Below are positions 1-10,039 of a stretch of DNA of 26,798 bases, one piece after another. The notes under the pieces are model-generated. The model was not told where the DNA came from and searched no databases. It saw only the letters and a program-made list of their open reading frames with translations. How positions within the stretch are numbered: position 1 is the stretch's first letter; each line of letters starts with the position of its first letter. The translations under genes and the position numbers were made by a program. The stretch comes from a virus, in IMG/VR virus record IMGVR_UViG_3300049595_002880, positions 1 to 26,798 of that record; one strand, given 5' to 3'.

Positions 1-2
1 TA

Positions 3-1256
3 ACATTTAAGTCTTGGCTAGAATCTGAAACCGATGTTTATTCCGGTCTTGGCGGTTCTGTTGGCGTCGACACAATGATCGATATACTTCTAAATCTAGA
101 GGTATCAGATCACGAATCGATAACTCAGCTAATAAAGCACAGAGCGAATAAGCACAAGCAGCTGACTATTCTCCAAGAGCTTGAGTTCATCTTGACTCAA
201 AAAGGTGAAAAAACTCCAAAAGAGCTTGCGAGAATTGCTGAAATTACAACAGAAATAAAAAATCTTGAAGTAGAACTTAACTATAATCCACTAGACAGTG
301 TTGCTACTGCAAACGATATATCAAATAGAGCAGAGTCTCTTTTGGATATACCAAGCTTTTTGCCAACTCAATATAAGTCCTTAAATAGAGCAATGGGATA
401 TACAGATGATGGTGGGTTCTTTAGGGGCGCAGTTCATGCGATAATTGCTCCTTCCGGAAAAGGTAAAAGTACCTTTGCTAAGTGCCTAGTAAATAATTGG
501 GCCGATACAGGTTACAAGGTTCTTTACGTAAACTTTGAGGAAGCTGTTCCTCACTGGGAAAGAGTTCTCATGACTCAGATCATAGAGAAGAATGTCTATG
601 CAGAAGCATCAACGTGGTCTGAAAAAGAGAAGGCAGAGAATCTAGCAAAGTTCCAGAAAAAACTAGCTGAATGGGGCAATAGATTCATGGTTAGGCACGA
701 TCCAGACACTCCGTATTTCGAAGATTTAGAAAAGTGGCTCAGAAGTATAATGGGTCATTCGGAACTAGTTCCAGATGTAATTGTAATTGATACGATTCAG
801 TCTATGTTTACCAGATCTACTGGCAAGGGCAAACCTAGATGGGGTGAGTTTGAAGAGATGATGGTAAAGCTCGAGAAGCTTGCCAGAGATATGGAATGTG
901 TTTTGATAATTACCGCGCAAGAAAATGCAAATAGAATGAAGGAAAAAAGAGAAGTTGTTCAACAGTCGGATACTGGTGGATCTCTCTCTATTCAGCAAAA
1001 GTGTGCGGTTACAATCTTCATTACTGAAAAGAAGTTAATTAGTGGAGATGACTCGGAGGATGAAAACATCATGCAGCTTCAGATTCCAAAAAACAGAATA
1101 ACTGGATCAACATATGTTTATAATTCTCCACTAGTAAAATATGTAGATCAGTATAAGAAGTATGTTGAGTATGAACCAATAACATCTGATTCTTATGCAC
1201 AAATTGGAAACTCTAACGATATGGAGGAGCTGATGTCAAGCATCAGTATTATATAA
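3..1256 (+). CDS. DnaB/RadA-like replicative helicase ATPase, 5'-partial (frame open to the left edge of the window)
   Basis: Walker A-like AIIAPSGKGKST, ...VIVIDTIQS Walker B-like region. The frame stays open upstream of ATG 75 (..SWLESETDVYSGLGGSVGVDTMIDILL..). No in-frame CGG. Confidence 0.8.
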   Translation, partial: TFKSWLESETDVYSGLGGSVGVDTMIDILLNLEVSDHESITQLIKHRANKHKQLTILQELEFILTQKGEKTPKELARIAEITTEIKNLEVELNYNPLDSVATANDISNRAESLLDIPSFLPTQYKSLNRAMGYTDDGGFFRGAVHAIIAPSGKGKSTFAKCLVNNWADTGYKVLYVNFEEAVPHWERVLMTQIIEKNVYAEASTWSEKEKAENLAKFQKKLAEWGNRFMVRHDPDTPYFEDLEKWLRSIMGHSELVPDVIVIDTIQSMFTRSTGKGKPRWGEFEEMMVKLEKLARDMECVLIITAQENANRMKEKREVVQQSDTGGSLSIQQKCAVTIFITEKKLISGDDSEDENIMQLQIPKNRITGSTYVYNSPLVKYVDQYKKYVEYEPITSDSYAQIGNSNDMEELMSSISII

Positions 1257-1258
1257 AC

Positions 1259-2056
1259 ATGATTCATATAACAATACCGCAACTAAAAGATTTTCAAACA
1301 TGCGAAAGACTATACGACTATAGGCACATTCAAAAGCTGCCTGAGACTACTGGTGGTAGACAGTTATATTCTATTAAGTTTGAAAATACACTAAAGAGTA
1401 TCGTTCACTATTTTTTTTATAAGAAGCAATCTGGAATCACTCCATCTTATTCATCACTTCTAAATAGGTGGGAAAAATTGTGGTTTCCGAAAGATTCTTC
1501 TACTTATGAGATCATACATGAGCAGCATGAAACAGCATACGGAAACATGGCAAGCCTTACAACAAAGGCAGCTTCTGTCCTGCTTGGGTTAATGGAGAAT
1601 TTTAGTGATCAGGACATAATTCCAATTGCAATTGATGAAGAGTATATTTGCCCAATTACTGATGATACTGCAATCAAGGATAAGTTTGATTTAATATTCT
1701 ATAAAAATAATTCAGTATATATAGTTAAATGGATATTCAATTCAAAAAATAAATATGAGGATACATATGTTGTTGACTTTACTTCAATGCATGTGGGATT
1801 CAAGAATAAATTTCCAGATAAAATGAACATCGCAAAAATTGGATATTATGATCTTTTGAATTCTAAATCTAACTTTAACGAGTTTAGAGTAGAGACTGCA
1901 GACATAGAGGCGCTAAAGTATTGGTGCGAATCGCTCAGACAAGAAAGTGTTTTCCCTCATAGAAGAGGACTTACCTCCTATTGCAGATCGTGCCCATTTG
2001 ATAAGCCATGTTCTAAGTGGACTTTTTTAACAAAGAAAGAAGAAAGAAATGCCTAA
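1259..2056 (+). CDS. PD-(D/E)XK (RecB/Cas4-like) nuclease
   Basis: LKDFQTCERLYDYRHI near the N-terminus, IAIDEEYIC..DKFDLIFY..VYIVKWIF core and C-terminal Cys cluster CRSCPFDKPC. Confidence 0.65.
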   Translation: MIHITIPQLKDFQTCERLYDYRHIQKLPETTGGRQLYSIKFENTLKSIVHYFFYKKQSGITPSYSSLLNRWEKLWFPKDSSTYEIIHEQHETAYGNMASLTTKAASVLLGLMENFSDQDIIPIAIDEEYICPITDDTAIKDKFDLIFYKNNSVYIVKWIFNSKNKYEDTYVVDFTSMHVGFKNKFPDKMNIAKIGYYDLLNSKSNFNEFRVETADIEALKYWCESLRQESVFPHRRGLTSYCRSCPFDKPCSKWTFLTKKEERNA

Positions 2057-2738
2057 AAGCAGCAATACAAATATACTTGACCAGATTCTATCTGATGACA
2101 AAGTATCTGGAATCTCAAAAGATGAAGACAAGGTTCTATCTCCTTTGTTGGAGGAAATAAACCTAATATTTGACCCAAACATAAAATCATTTGTTCGCTC
2201 AATTCTATTTAGAGCTGATGACTTTTGGTTGATGCCAGCAAGCTGCTCAGGAAAGCATCACCCGCCAGATGAAAGATCTGCCGGTGGTAATGTTCTTCAT
2301 ACCAAAAGAGTTGTAAGAATGGCAGTAGCTATATCAGAGTCACATTCTCTTCCCCAGGATGAGAAGGATTTGGTGATAGCCGCAAGCCTCCTTCATGACA
2401 TTACCAAAGCTACTAGAGACAATGATACTGGCAACTTCAAGTATGACCCAATGCATCCGTACACGGTTGGTTTGTTTGTCAAGAAGTGCCAAGAAGAGGA
2501 TAAGAACTTTGCATCTGAGTCTCAGTCTTCTACTCTCTTCTTATCAGAAGATGCAGTTCAGTCAATACTGAGATTGGTTAGATGCCACCTTGGTCCCTGG
2601 TCTCCAGTTCCTGAGACTACACCAATTACATATCTTGATATGATAGTTCACCTTGCCGATAACCTAGCTTCAAAGGTTCATATCATGATAGACGGACAAA
2701 ATGTGATAGAATCTAGATGGAATCATGTCAGCGAATGA
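2049..2738 (+). CDS. HD-domain hydrolase
   Basis: VIAASLLHDITKA ... MHPYTVGLFVKKC ... IVRLVRCHLG ... YLDMIVHLADNLASK: HD superfamily pattern. Confidence 0.7.
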   Translation: MPKSSNTNILDQILSDDKVSGISKDEDKVLSPLLEEINLIFDPNIKSFVRSILFRADDFWLMPASCSGKHHPPDERSAGGNVLHTKRVVRMAVAISESHSLPQDEKDLVIAASLLHDITKATRDNDTGNFKYDPMHPYTVGLFVKKCQEEDKNFASESQSSTLFLSEDAVQSILRLVRCHLGPWSPVPETTPITYLDMIVHLADNLASKVHIMIDGQNVIESRWNHVSE

Positions 2739-2895
2739 ACAAAGCATACTCTTAAAGAGATTCACGCTAATAAAAAATCTAGAATATTTTATAGATGAGT
2801 CTGTATATTATAGGACTCACTCTGACTCATTCCTAAACCCTAGATACTCATTATATAAGTTGGATGAAGAAGTCGGTAAAAGCAAAGTATCATGA
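2725..2895 (+). CDS. Small ORF (56 aa), unknown function
   Basis: MSANEQSILLKRFTLIKNLEYFIDESVYYRTHSDSFLNPRYSLYKLDEEVGKSKVS*. Starts inside the end of the HD gene and its TGA overlaps ATG 2892 (ATGA). Missed by the supplied track because of length. Confidence 0.6.
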   Translation: MSANEQSILLKRFTLIKNLEYFIDESVYYRTHSDSFLNPRYSLYKLDEEVGKSKVS

Positions 2896-4106
2896 AGATA
2901 ACAGAAAACAATAAGTTTCTTCTGGACTGGAAATACTACGAAGTTGCTAGGTACGTTGGCAACCTTGATAGAGTCATAAGAGAAAAGGACAAGATCCTCC
3001 TGATGGAGGAGATTGCACCGTACGCCAGCAAGCACGGTAACGTTGGCATATACTCATCTGTCTTTGCGTATAACTCCTCAGATCTACAGAAAGCAACAAG
3101 ACTTGGGCCGTTGTATTTTGACCTGGATAATTCTGATTTTTCTGTAGCTTATAACGATTGCATTTCTTTGTATTCATATCTTCGAAATTACATTCCAGAA
3201 AATTCTATATTAGTTTATTTCACTGGCAAAAAAGGGTTTCACGTTGAGTGCGAACCAGTTGCTTTAGGTATAAATCCTAGCAATAGTCTTCCAAAAACTT
3301 TTAGATTCATAGCCTCAAAGCTAAAGAGCGATCTATCTTTAGAGAGTCTCGACTTCAGTGTTTATGACCTGAGAAGAATGTGGAGATTACCTGGTTCCAA
3401 GCACCAGTCAACTGGTTTGTATAAGACCCTGTTAAATCCACTTGGTGATAATACGATATTAATGAATGGTCCTGATTACATACTAAACTATGCAAAAGAG
3501 GCTCATGAAGTCCTAGTTTCAGATCAGGAATTCAATTATAAAGCAAATGAATGGTACAGAGGAAACATATATGAGATGGAGGAGGCTTCACAGAAAAAGG
3601 TCGATCCTATCGAGTATTTCAACAAGTATGGTTCAAGAGCATTCAAAGATCTTAAGAAGACGGAAAAAGTTTTTGATAGAGAAGCATTATTAAATGGCTG
3701 CAAAGCAGTTGCTAGATTGAAGAAGCAAGCAGAAGATAAGAAGTTCTTAGAGCACGAAGCAAGATTATTTTTATGCTCGATCCTAACTTATACTGAAGAT
3801 TCAATAATGTTTCTTCATGAAATACTCAGCAACTGTTCTGATTACTCGTTTGAGAAATCGTCTGCTCATATAAATGACTGGGTAAAAAGAAGAGAACTTG
3901 AGATAGGCGGAAGACCTTTTACCTGCGATAGGGCTAACTCAGTTGGTGTTGGATGTGGTGAGTGTAGTTTGGAGAAAAAGAATAAATGGATACAGGTTGG
4001 TGGAAAGTTTGTTGAGACAAATGAGAAGTCTTCACCATCACCAATAAGGTATGCTTATACGACAAAAAAGAAGGAAGATAAAAATGAAGATAAACAATCC
4101 AGATGA
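2892..4106 (+). CDS. Archaeo-eukaryotic-type primase, small-subunit-like
   Basis: LYFDLDNSDFSVAY catalytic acidic motif, LVYFTGKKGFHVECEP motif, YDLRRMWRLPGSKHQSTGLYKTLLNP, C-terminal Cys cluster. Confidence 0.7.
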   Translation: MKITENNKFLLDWKYYEVARYVGNLDRVIREKDKILLMEEIAPYASKHGNVGIYSSVFAYNSSDLQKATRLGPLYFDLDNSDFSVAYNDCISLYSYLRNYIPENSILVYFTGKKGFHVECEPVALGINPSNSLPKTFRFIASKLKSDLSLESLDFSVYDLRRMWRLPGSKHQSTGLYKTLLNPLGDNTILMNGPDYILNYAKEAHEVLVSDQEFNYKANEWYRGNIYEMEEASQKKVDPIEYFNKYGSRAFKDLKKTEKVFDREALLNGCKAVARLKKQAEDKKFLEHEARLFLCSILTYTEDSIMFLHEILSNCSDYSFEKSSAHINDWVKRRELEIGGRPFTCDRANSVGVGCGECSLEKKNKWIQVGGKFVETNEKSSPSPIRYAYTTKKKEDKNEDKQSR

Positions 4107-4290
4107 TGTCATAGGCGTTTGCTCTGAGTGCAAGTCAGATCAACCAATGAGCTATATGGAGAAAAACAACTTCGCCCAACAAGGTCAGCCAGTTCCATGC
4201 AAGTATTGCGGTGGAGTGGTCATAATAACCTACAGAGAAACCAGAGATAATTCTATAAACAGTTCAGATAGAGAAAGAGGAATCAGTTGA
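4084..4290 (+). CDS. Small zinc-ribbon protein
   Basis: CSECKS...CKYCGG paired Cys motifs. More likely start ATG 4084 than 4051. Confidence 0.55.
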   Translation: MKINNPDDVIGVCSECKSDQPMSYMEKNNFAQQGQPVPCKYCGGVVIITYRETRDNSINSSDRERGIS

Positions 4291-7200
4291 AAAACTGGAC
4301 CAATCTACACAACCACACAGTATATTCGACACTCGATGGACACGGTAAGGTTGAAGAGTACTTAACAAAAGCCAAGTCTCTTGGCATGTCTGGGCTTGCC
4401 ACGACAGACCATGGAAACATCCACTCTTGGCTAGATTTCTATGAGGCTCGGAACCTCTTGTGGAGTAAAGCCGATCTTAGGATCTGAGTTCTATCAAGCT
4501 AGAAAGACAAGATTTGATAGAGACGAAGAGGAAAGATCAGGTCCAGCAAAAAATGAATGGGAACAAAGAGGCCCATACCACTTAACTATTCTTGCCAAGA
4601 ATAATACTGGTTATCACAACATCATAAAGATGTCTTCTAGATCATATCTAGATGGATACTATGTCAAGCCAAGAATAGATCATGATCTAATAGCTGAGCA
4701 TTCAGAAGGAATAATAATTCTTTCCGGCTGCCTAAACAGTGAGGTATCTCAAGCCCTTCTTAGAAATGATTTCAACTTTGCTCTAAAGACCGCTGCAAAG
4801 ATGCAGGAACTTGTAGGCAAAGACAATTACTTTATTGAAATCCAAAACCATGGTCTTGAAGAGCAGATAAAGATAACCAATCAACTGATCCAGATCGCTG
4901 AAAAGATAGGTGCAAAGATAGTCCCTACAGGCGACTGTCACTATGTGCATAAAGAAGATGCAAGAGCTCATGACATCATGTTGTGCGTTTCTACCAACTC
5001 TAATATAAATACAGAAAATAGATTTTCTTTCAGCGGAGACAATTTCTATCTCAAGTCATATGATGAAATGGCCGCTTTGTTTCCTGAAGATTGGCTTAAA
5101 AACACCATGGAAATTACAGACATGGTGGATCTAAATCTTAAGTTTGGAGAACTTTATTTCCCACAATTCCCGATTCCTGACAATAAAAATACCTCTGACT
5201 ACCTAGAGGAACTAGCGTGGGATGGCCTAAAAAAGAAGTATGGAGATCCACTTCCAGATAATGTCTTAGATAGAGCTAAGCATGAGCTGAAGGTGGTAAA
5301 AGAAATGGGTTATCCCGAGTACTTCCTCGTCGTTTCTGACCTAGTTCAATGGGCTAAATCCAATGAGATTCGAGTTGGTTGGGGTAGAGGATCCGCCGCA
5401 GGAAGCATTCTTTCGTACGCTCTTGGGATCACTAATTTAGATCCTCTTAAGTTTGGTCTATTGTTTGAGAGATTCCTAGTTGAGGGAAGAAAGTCGATGC
5501 CAGATATCGACCTTGACTTTGATGATAGACATAGAGATAGAGTAATCGATTATGCAAGAAAAAAGTATGGCGATGACAGAGTCGCACATATATGCACCTT
5601 CAACAAAACTGGAGCAAGACAGTCAATACGAGATGCTGCTAGAGCTCTAGCATTTGAATTTACTGCTGGAGACAAAGTAGCAAAGCTAGTTCCGCCACCA
5701 GTTCTTGGTGTTTCAAAAACTTTGTCTGAGTGCATGGAGGTTGCAGAATTTAGTGACCTATATCGAACCGATGAAGAGGCAAAAGTCATAGTAGACGCAG
5801 CATTCGGATTGGAGGGTCTTGTTAGGCAGACTGGTATGCACGCTGCAGGCGTGGTTATATCACGAGGTCCGTTGACAGACTATCTCCCAATAATGCAAAA
5901 GGGTGCTGATAGTCCCGTTATAACTCAGTGGGATATGGGACGAGTAGAGCAGTGCGGTCTTTTGAAGATCGACTTTCTTGGACTTAGAAACCTTGGTGTT
6001 ATAGATTACTGTATCAAGCTCGTTAAGAAAACAAAGGGAATAGAAATAGATGTAGATAAAATTCCTCTTGACGACTACAAAACTTTCAATGAGCTATGTA
6101 AGGGAAATTCAATAGGTGTATTCCAGCTTGAATCTTCTGGTATGCGAGAGCTAATGGTTCAACTTCAGCCTCATAATGTTGAAGATATCATGGCTCTGAT
6201 TTCTCTTTATAGACCAGGCCCAATGGGTTCTGGAATGGATAAGTTATATGTATCCAGAAAGCACTCGAGATCTTCAATCGAATATGATCATCCTTCATTA
6301 GAGAAGGTTCTTGGACCATCTCTTGGCATCATGCTTTATCAAGAAGATGTTCTCGGCGTAGCAAGAGAGCTTGCTGGCTTTTCTTCTGCCGAAGCAGATG
6401 ATCTGCGTAAGGTAATTGGTAAAAAGTTAATGGATAAGATAGCCTTGTTCAGAGGAAAATTCGTAAAGGGCTGCGTAGAAAAGTCAAATATCTCTGAAGA
6501 GAAAGCAAATAAGATTTATTCAGACATTGAATACTTCGGTGGCTACGGATTCAACAGAGCACACGCTGCAAGTTACGCAATGATTTCATATATCACTGCA
6601 TATCTAAAGACTAATTATAGCTCAGAATATATGGCAGCTTTATTATCATCAGTTGCTGGCAATAAGGACAAGTTGGCAATCTACCTTGCTGAATGCAGAA
6701 AGATGAATCTAAAAGTTCTTAGCCCTTCAATTAATAGATCTGTTGAAGAATTTGCTGTAATAGATGACAATACAATAATCTTCGGTTTATCTGCAATAAA
6801 TGGAATTGGCTATGCTGTATCAGAAGCGATACTTTCTTCTCGAGATTCGGACAAGCCATATAATACAATGTATGACTTCTTTAGAAGAGTTGATCCAGCA
6901 GTTTTGAAAAAGTCTACAATTGAACATCTAGCAAACTCTGGTGCATTTGATGAACTAATAGAGTCTGCTCTAGATAGTGACTTTGGTAGACAAACAGAGC
7001 TTAATATTCTAGAGAAGGAAAAAGAAGAACTTGGCATTTATGTTTCCAAGAATCCAGTAGATGGAGTTTGGGACCTACTCTCAAAAAAGATAAGCAACGA
7101 GATTGTAGAAATCTCAGAGTTTCCAGCTGGTTCTAAGGTAACTATTGGTGGAATAATCTCTGATTCTAAAAAGATAATCACCAAAAAGGGTGCAAAGATG

Positions 7201-7614
7201 TTTAAGTTTAGCATTCAAGATATATCTTCAGACATAGAGGTTCTAGTATTCCCACGTGAGGCCAAGAACTTTAAGGATGATTACTTCCAAAATGGAGAGG
7301 TTATAACCATAAGCGGATCTCTCTCCAAGGATGGTGATGAAGAAAATGTCATATCAAAGATAATATTTAATTCTTGTGAAAAGCTCGACCTATCAAACTT
7401 TTCTGGAGGAAGTCCAATCTATCTAGATATAGAATCAAAAATAAGTGAGAAAAAAATAAAGCAATTATATGATATAATTAATTCAAAAGATGGAGGATCC
7501 TATGTGTTCCTCTCATATATGGATAGTGGCAAGAAGCTGACTTTTAAGTTCAAGAAAAAAACATCTATCCTAATGAAAGAAAAACTAGAGCAAATATTAA
7601 TGGAGACAAAATGA
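4287..7614 (+). CDS. dnaE: DNA polymerase III alpha subunit (DnaE-like, PHP domain), reconstructed across a +1 shift at CGGA 4449-4452 (about 1108 aa)
   Basis: TTG start, NLHNHTVYSTLDG..KAKSLGMSGLATTDHGN in frame A. CGVKPILGSEFYQA..YHLTILAKN..GWGRGSAAGSILSYALGI..MPDIDLDF..YQEDVLGVARELAGFS in frame B. Reading CGGA as one codon gives ..WLDFYEA-G-TSCGVKPILGSEFYQA.., the exact spacing expected of this family. Confidence 0.93.
4449..4452 (+). promoter_or_regulatory. Putative quadruplet codon CGGA / +1 recoding site in dnaE
   Basis: GCT|CGGA|ACC TCT TGT GGA GTA AAG. The frame changes from phase 0 to phase 1 inside a conserved domain. Confidence 0.85.
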
Positions 7615-7976
7615 CAACTGGAAATTTCTACCAGAATCCAACAACAAAAGAATGCTGGGTTTTTTGCCCATCCTGCAATAGGTGTCAAGATAAGGGCCGT
7701 TACACAAAGTGCAATGGTTGCAGCGGGAGATACGATCCAAAAGGCTGTATAGACGCAGATTCAGATGATTACTGCGATTGCAAGAATGGAGTACTTCGCT
7801 GGAAGACACAGCAGGGAAGACTTGTAATGACTAGATTCAAGACAAATCCATTCAAGAGTAAGGTCAAGTACGTAAAGAAGTCTGAAGATGAAAGAGACTG
7901 GGATTCTTACGTAAAAGACATGAGAGAAAAGATGGATGACCCAAACTGGAATCCAATTACGATATATGAGGAATGA
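7611..7976 (+). CDS. Hypothetical Cys-rich zinc-binding-like protein
   Basis: CWVFCPSCNRCQDKGRYTKCNGCSGRYDPKGC; overlaps the dnaE stop (ATGA). Confidence 0.6.
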   Translation: MTTGNFYQNPTTKECWVFCPSCNRCQDKGRYTKCNGCSGRYDPKGCIDADSDDYCDCKNGVLRWKTQQGRLVMTRFKTNPFKSKVKYVKKSEDERDWDSYVKDMREKMDDPNWNPITIYEE

Positions 7977-7979
7977 CAG

Positions 7980-8204
7980 ATGAAAAGACGTGAAGTAGGT
8001 AGAATCTCAATAGGAGATATAAAAGTCATAGAATATGAGCCAATGGACTTGAACGACAAGAACTTTAAGTTTTTTGTTCAATCCGGAGTTGCTGGCTTCT
8101 ATGCCTCTGATGAAGATTTACGTAGGTTATACACTTTATTGGGGTACTATCACAATATAGACTTAATTCAAAGTATCAAAATTACACTTGCAGAGGAGGC
8201 CTAA
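7980..8204 (+). CDS. Hypothetical protein
   Basis: Tightly coupled ORF; its stop overlaps the next start (TAATG). Confidence 0.6.
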   Translation: MKRREVGRISIGDIKVIEYEPMDLNDKNFKFFVQSGVAGFYASDEDLRRLYTLLGYYHNIDLIQSIKITLAEEA

Positions 8205-8375
8205 TGACTTGGCCAATATTAGAAGATGATTTCATGGAGTACGGTAATAGCCGGTTGGATAGCCCTTGGCGAAGGAAAATATAAAAACATCCATACTGGG
8301 TATATCATGGATGAGAATGGAACTATCTTTAATCAAGAGGGCGAAATCGTATCCAAGATAAACGATGGTGAGTAA
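8204..8375 (+). CDS. Hypothetical small protein reconstructed across a +1 shift, possibly at CGGT 8252-8255
   Basis: Strong Shine-Dalgarno (AGGAGGCCTAATG) and TAATG coupling at both ends only if the frame shifts by +1: MTWPILEDDFMEYGNS-G-WIALGEGKYKNIHTGYIMDENGTIFNQEGEIVSKINDGE*. The only in-frame CGG is at 8252. Confidence 0.5.
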
Positions 8376-9164
8376 TGCCAATAACTTTATTGTCGGATAT
8401 TGATCCTTTCTTAAAAATAACGCTGTCAGAATTTAGCTATTCTAGGATAGACACATATGAGATGTGTCCTTCTAAATATTTCTTTTCTTACATAAAGAAA
8501 GAGCCAAGGCTATTCTCTGCCCCAGCTGTACTTCGGAAACATAGTCCACGGAGTTCTCGAAGATAATGTGTCTAATGACACAGCGCTTGATTTGGAGAAG
8601 ATGAAGATCTCCTATCAGGAGCACAAAGGGATCCTCGATCCAAAAGAAGAAATTCCAAAAGATCTATTCGATGCTGGAATACAAATCATTGAAGACTTCT
8701 ACGATCGTTATTCGGACAGTCAATTCCATGTATTTGAAAAGGAAATGGGTTTTAATTTTATTATTGGGAATTACTCAATAATTGGTTATATGGATAGAGT
8801 CGATTTGTATGATGATATGGTTGAAATAGTCGACTACAAAACCGGAAAAAGAGAAGTAGCACAAAAAGATATATCAAAAAATCTCCAGTTAGGAATATAT
8901 GCCATAGCTGCTTCGTTAGCTTTCCCTGGGAAAAAGATAAAAGGCTCACTTCATTACTTGAGATCTGGAAGAATCAAGTCTCATGAATACTCAGATGAAG
9001 ATTTAGAAAATATAAAGAATGAACTAATAAATAGAATCAATGTAATAATAAATGATTTAAATTTTTCTCCAACAAAGAATGAAAGAGTATGCTCATTCTG
9101 CGATCACGCCAAAAGCGGAGCTTGCCCTACTGGGGCTGGAAGACTTAGAAGATCCGGGGCATAG
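8375..9164 (+). CDS. RecB/Cas4-like PD-(D/E)XK nuclease, reconstructed across a +1 shift at CGGA 8534-8537 (about 262 aa)
   Basis: SEFSYSRIDTYEMCPSKYFFSYIKKEPRLFSAPAVL-G-NIVHGVLEDNVSNDTALDLEKMK...VEIVDYKTGKREVAQKDISKNLQLGIYA...CSFCDHAKSGACPTG. Confidence 0.85.
8534..8537 (+). promoter_or_regulatory. Putative quadruplet codon CGGA
   Basis: CTT|CGGA|AAC ATA GTC CAC GGA GTT CTC GAA restores GNIVHGVLE, the conserved G...H..LE motif of the family. Confidence 0.87.
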
Positions 9165-9168
9165 TAAA

Positions 9169-9212
9169 AGCCCCTGACCCTAGATCTTTTTAGGGATCTA
9201 GAGCCAGGGGCT
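9169..9212. terminator. Hairpin terminator between convergent genes
   Basis: AGCCCCTG...CAGGGGCT flanked by inner TAGATC/GATCTA pairing, followed by T-rich sequence. Confidence 0.7.
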
Positions 9213-9234
9213 CTATTTAATATCTAATATTTAA

Positions 9235-9408
9235 TTAGAACTCAGAAACTGGGTTATCCAGCCCTGACTGGACGATGTCAAAATCATCCGAATCAACAAC
9301 GATCTTAACGGCATCCTGGCGCTCAAGGCCAAAAACCGTCATATCCTCAATGACAGACTCATTGATAGCCTGACGCATGCTGTTGAAAATGGTGTTTGCG
9401 GTTGTCAT
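9235..9408 (-). CDS. Small acidic hypothetical protein (57 aa)
   Basis: MTTANTIFNSMRQAINESVIEDMTVFGLERQDAVKIVVDSDDFDIVQSGLDNPVSEF*, preceded by CAGGAGATTAAA. Too short for the supplied track. Confidence 0.6.
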   Translation of the reverse strand: MTTANTIFNSMRQAINESVIEDMTVFGLERQDAVKIVVDSDDFDIVQSGLDNPVSEF

Positions 9409-9455
9409 TTTAATCTCCTGATTTGTGTTATTTGTTTTTTTGTTAAGGATAAAGT

Positions 9456-9474
9456 ATAATGTTATAACGTTGAC
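9456..9474 (+). promoter_or_regulatory. Probable -10 region in a divergent intergenic region
   Basis: AGTATAATGTTATAACG upstream of the operon starting at 9495; weak TTGTTT-like -35 upstream. Confidence 0.4.
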
Positions 9475-9494
9475 AGATAAAGGATAGCAGACAT

Positions 9495-10039
9495 ATGGTC
9501 AGTGGAGCAAATCCGAGAGACTTTTTTTCGAGGAGATCGAAGAAAAAGAATCCAACATTTCCAAAAAAGAAAACATCATCAGCCGATGCCACTCTAGCAA
9601 GAGAATCTGCAAAGGGCAACGCATACAGGCACACAAAGTCTGGATACAGGCCAGATATCGATATGGTTGTAAGGTCAAACTGGGAAGCTAATGTGATTAG
9701 AATCCTTGACCGGATACAAGATTGATTTTGAGTTTGAGCCAAAGGTCTTTACTTTTCCAATTAAGAGGGGAACTAAAGGGTATACACCAGACTTATATAT
9801 AGAAGAAACAAAAGAGTGGATTGAAATCAAGGGTTATCTTGATGATAAAAGTAAATTGAAACTAAAAAGATTCAAGAAGTATTATCCAGAAGAGTTTCGG
9901 AAAACTAACATTCATAATTAGCAAGTACTCTGCTGAGGCAATCAGATTTTCGATTGAAATGGAAATTCCAAATATTATTTTCTACGAGGACATAAGAAAC
10001 GAATATGCCCGACTAATAATAAACTGGGAGGGCAAGTAA
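9495..10039 (+). CDS. Putative PD-(D/E)XK-type endonuclease, reconstructed across two CGGA sites (about 180 aa)
   Basis: ..DIDMVVRSNWEANVIRILD-G-YKIDFEFEPKVFTFPIKRGTKGYTPDLYIEETKEWIEIKGYLDDKSKLKLKRFKKYYPEEF-G-KLTFIISKYSAEAIRFSIEMEIPNIIFYEDIRNEYARLIINWEGK*. The rebuilt stop overlaps the next ATG (TAATG, 10037-10041). Confidence 0.85.
9711..9714 (+). promoter_or_regulatory. Putative quadruplet codon CGGA
   Basis: GAC|CGGA|TAC AAG ATT GAT; joins ORF 9495..9725 to ORF 9706..9921. Confidence 0.85.
9898..9901 (+). promoter_or_regulatory. Putative quadruplet codon CGGA (second in the same gene)
   Basis: TTT|CGGA|AAA CTA ACA; extends the ORF by 45 codons to a stop coupled with the next start. Confidence 0.8.

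Noticed and set aside
4440-4470. Classical programmed frameshift (slippery heptamer plus stimulator)
   Set aside because: No common slippery sequence, no upstream stop codon and no consistent Shine-Dalgarno stimulator at the sites. The only common element is CGGA.
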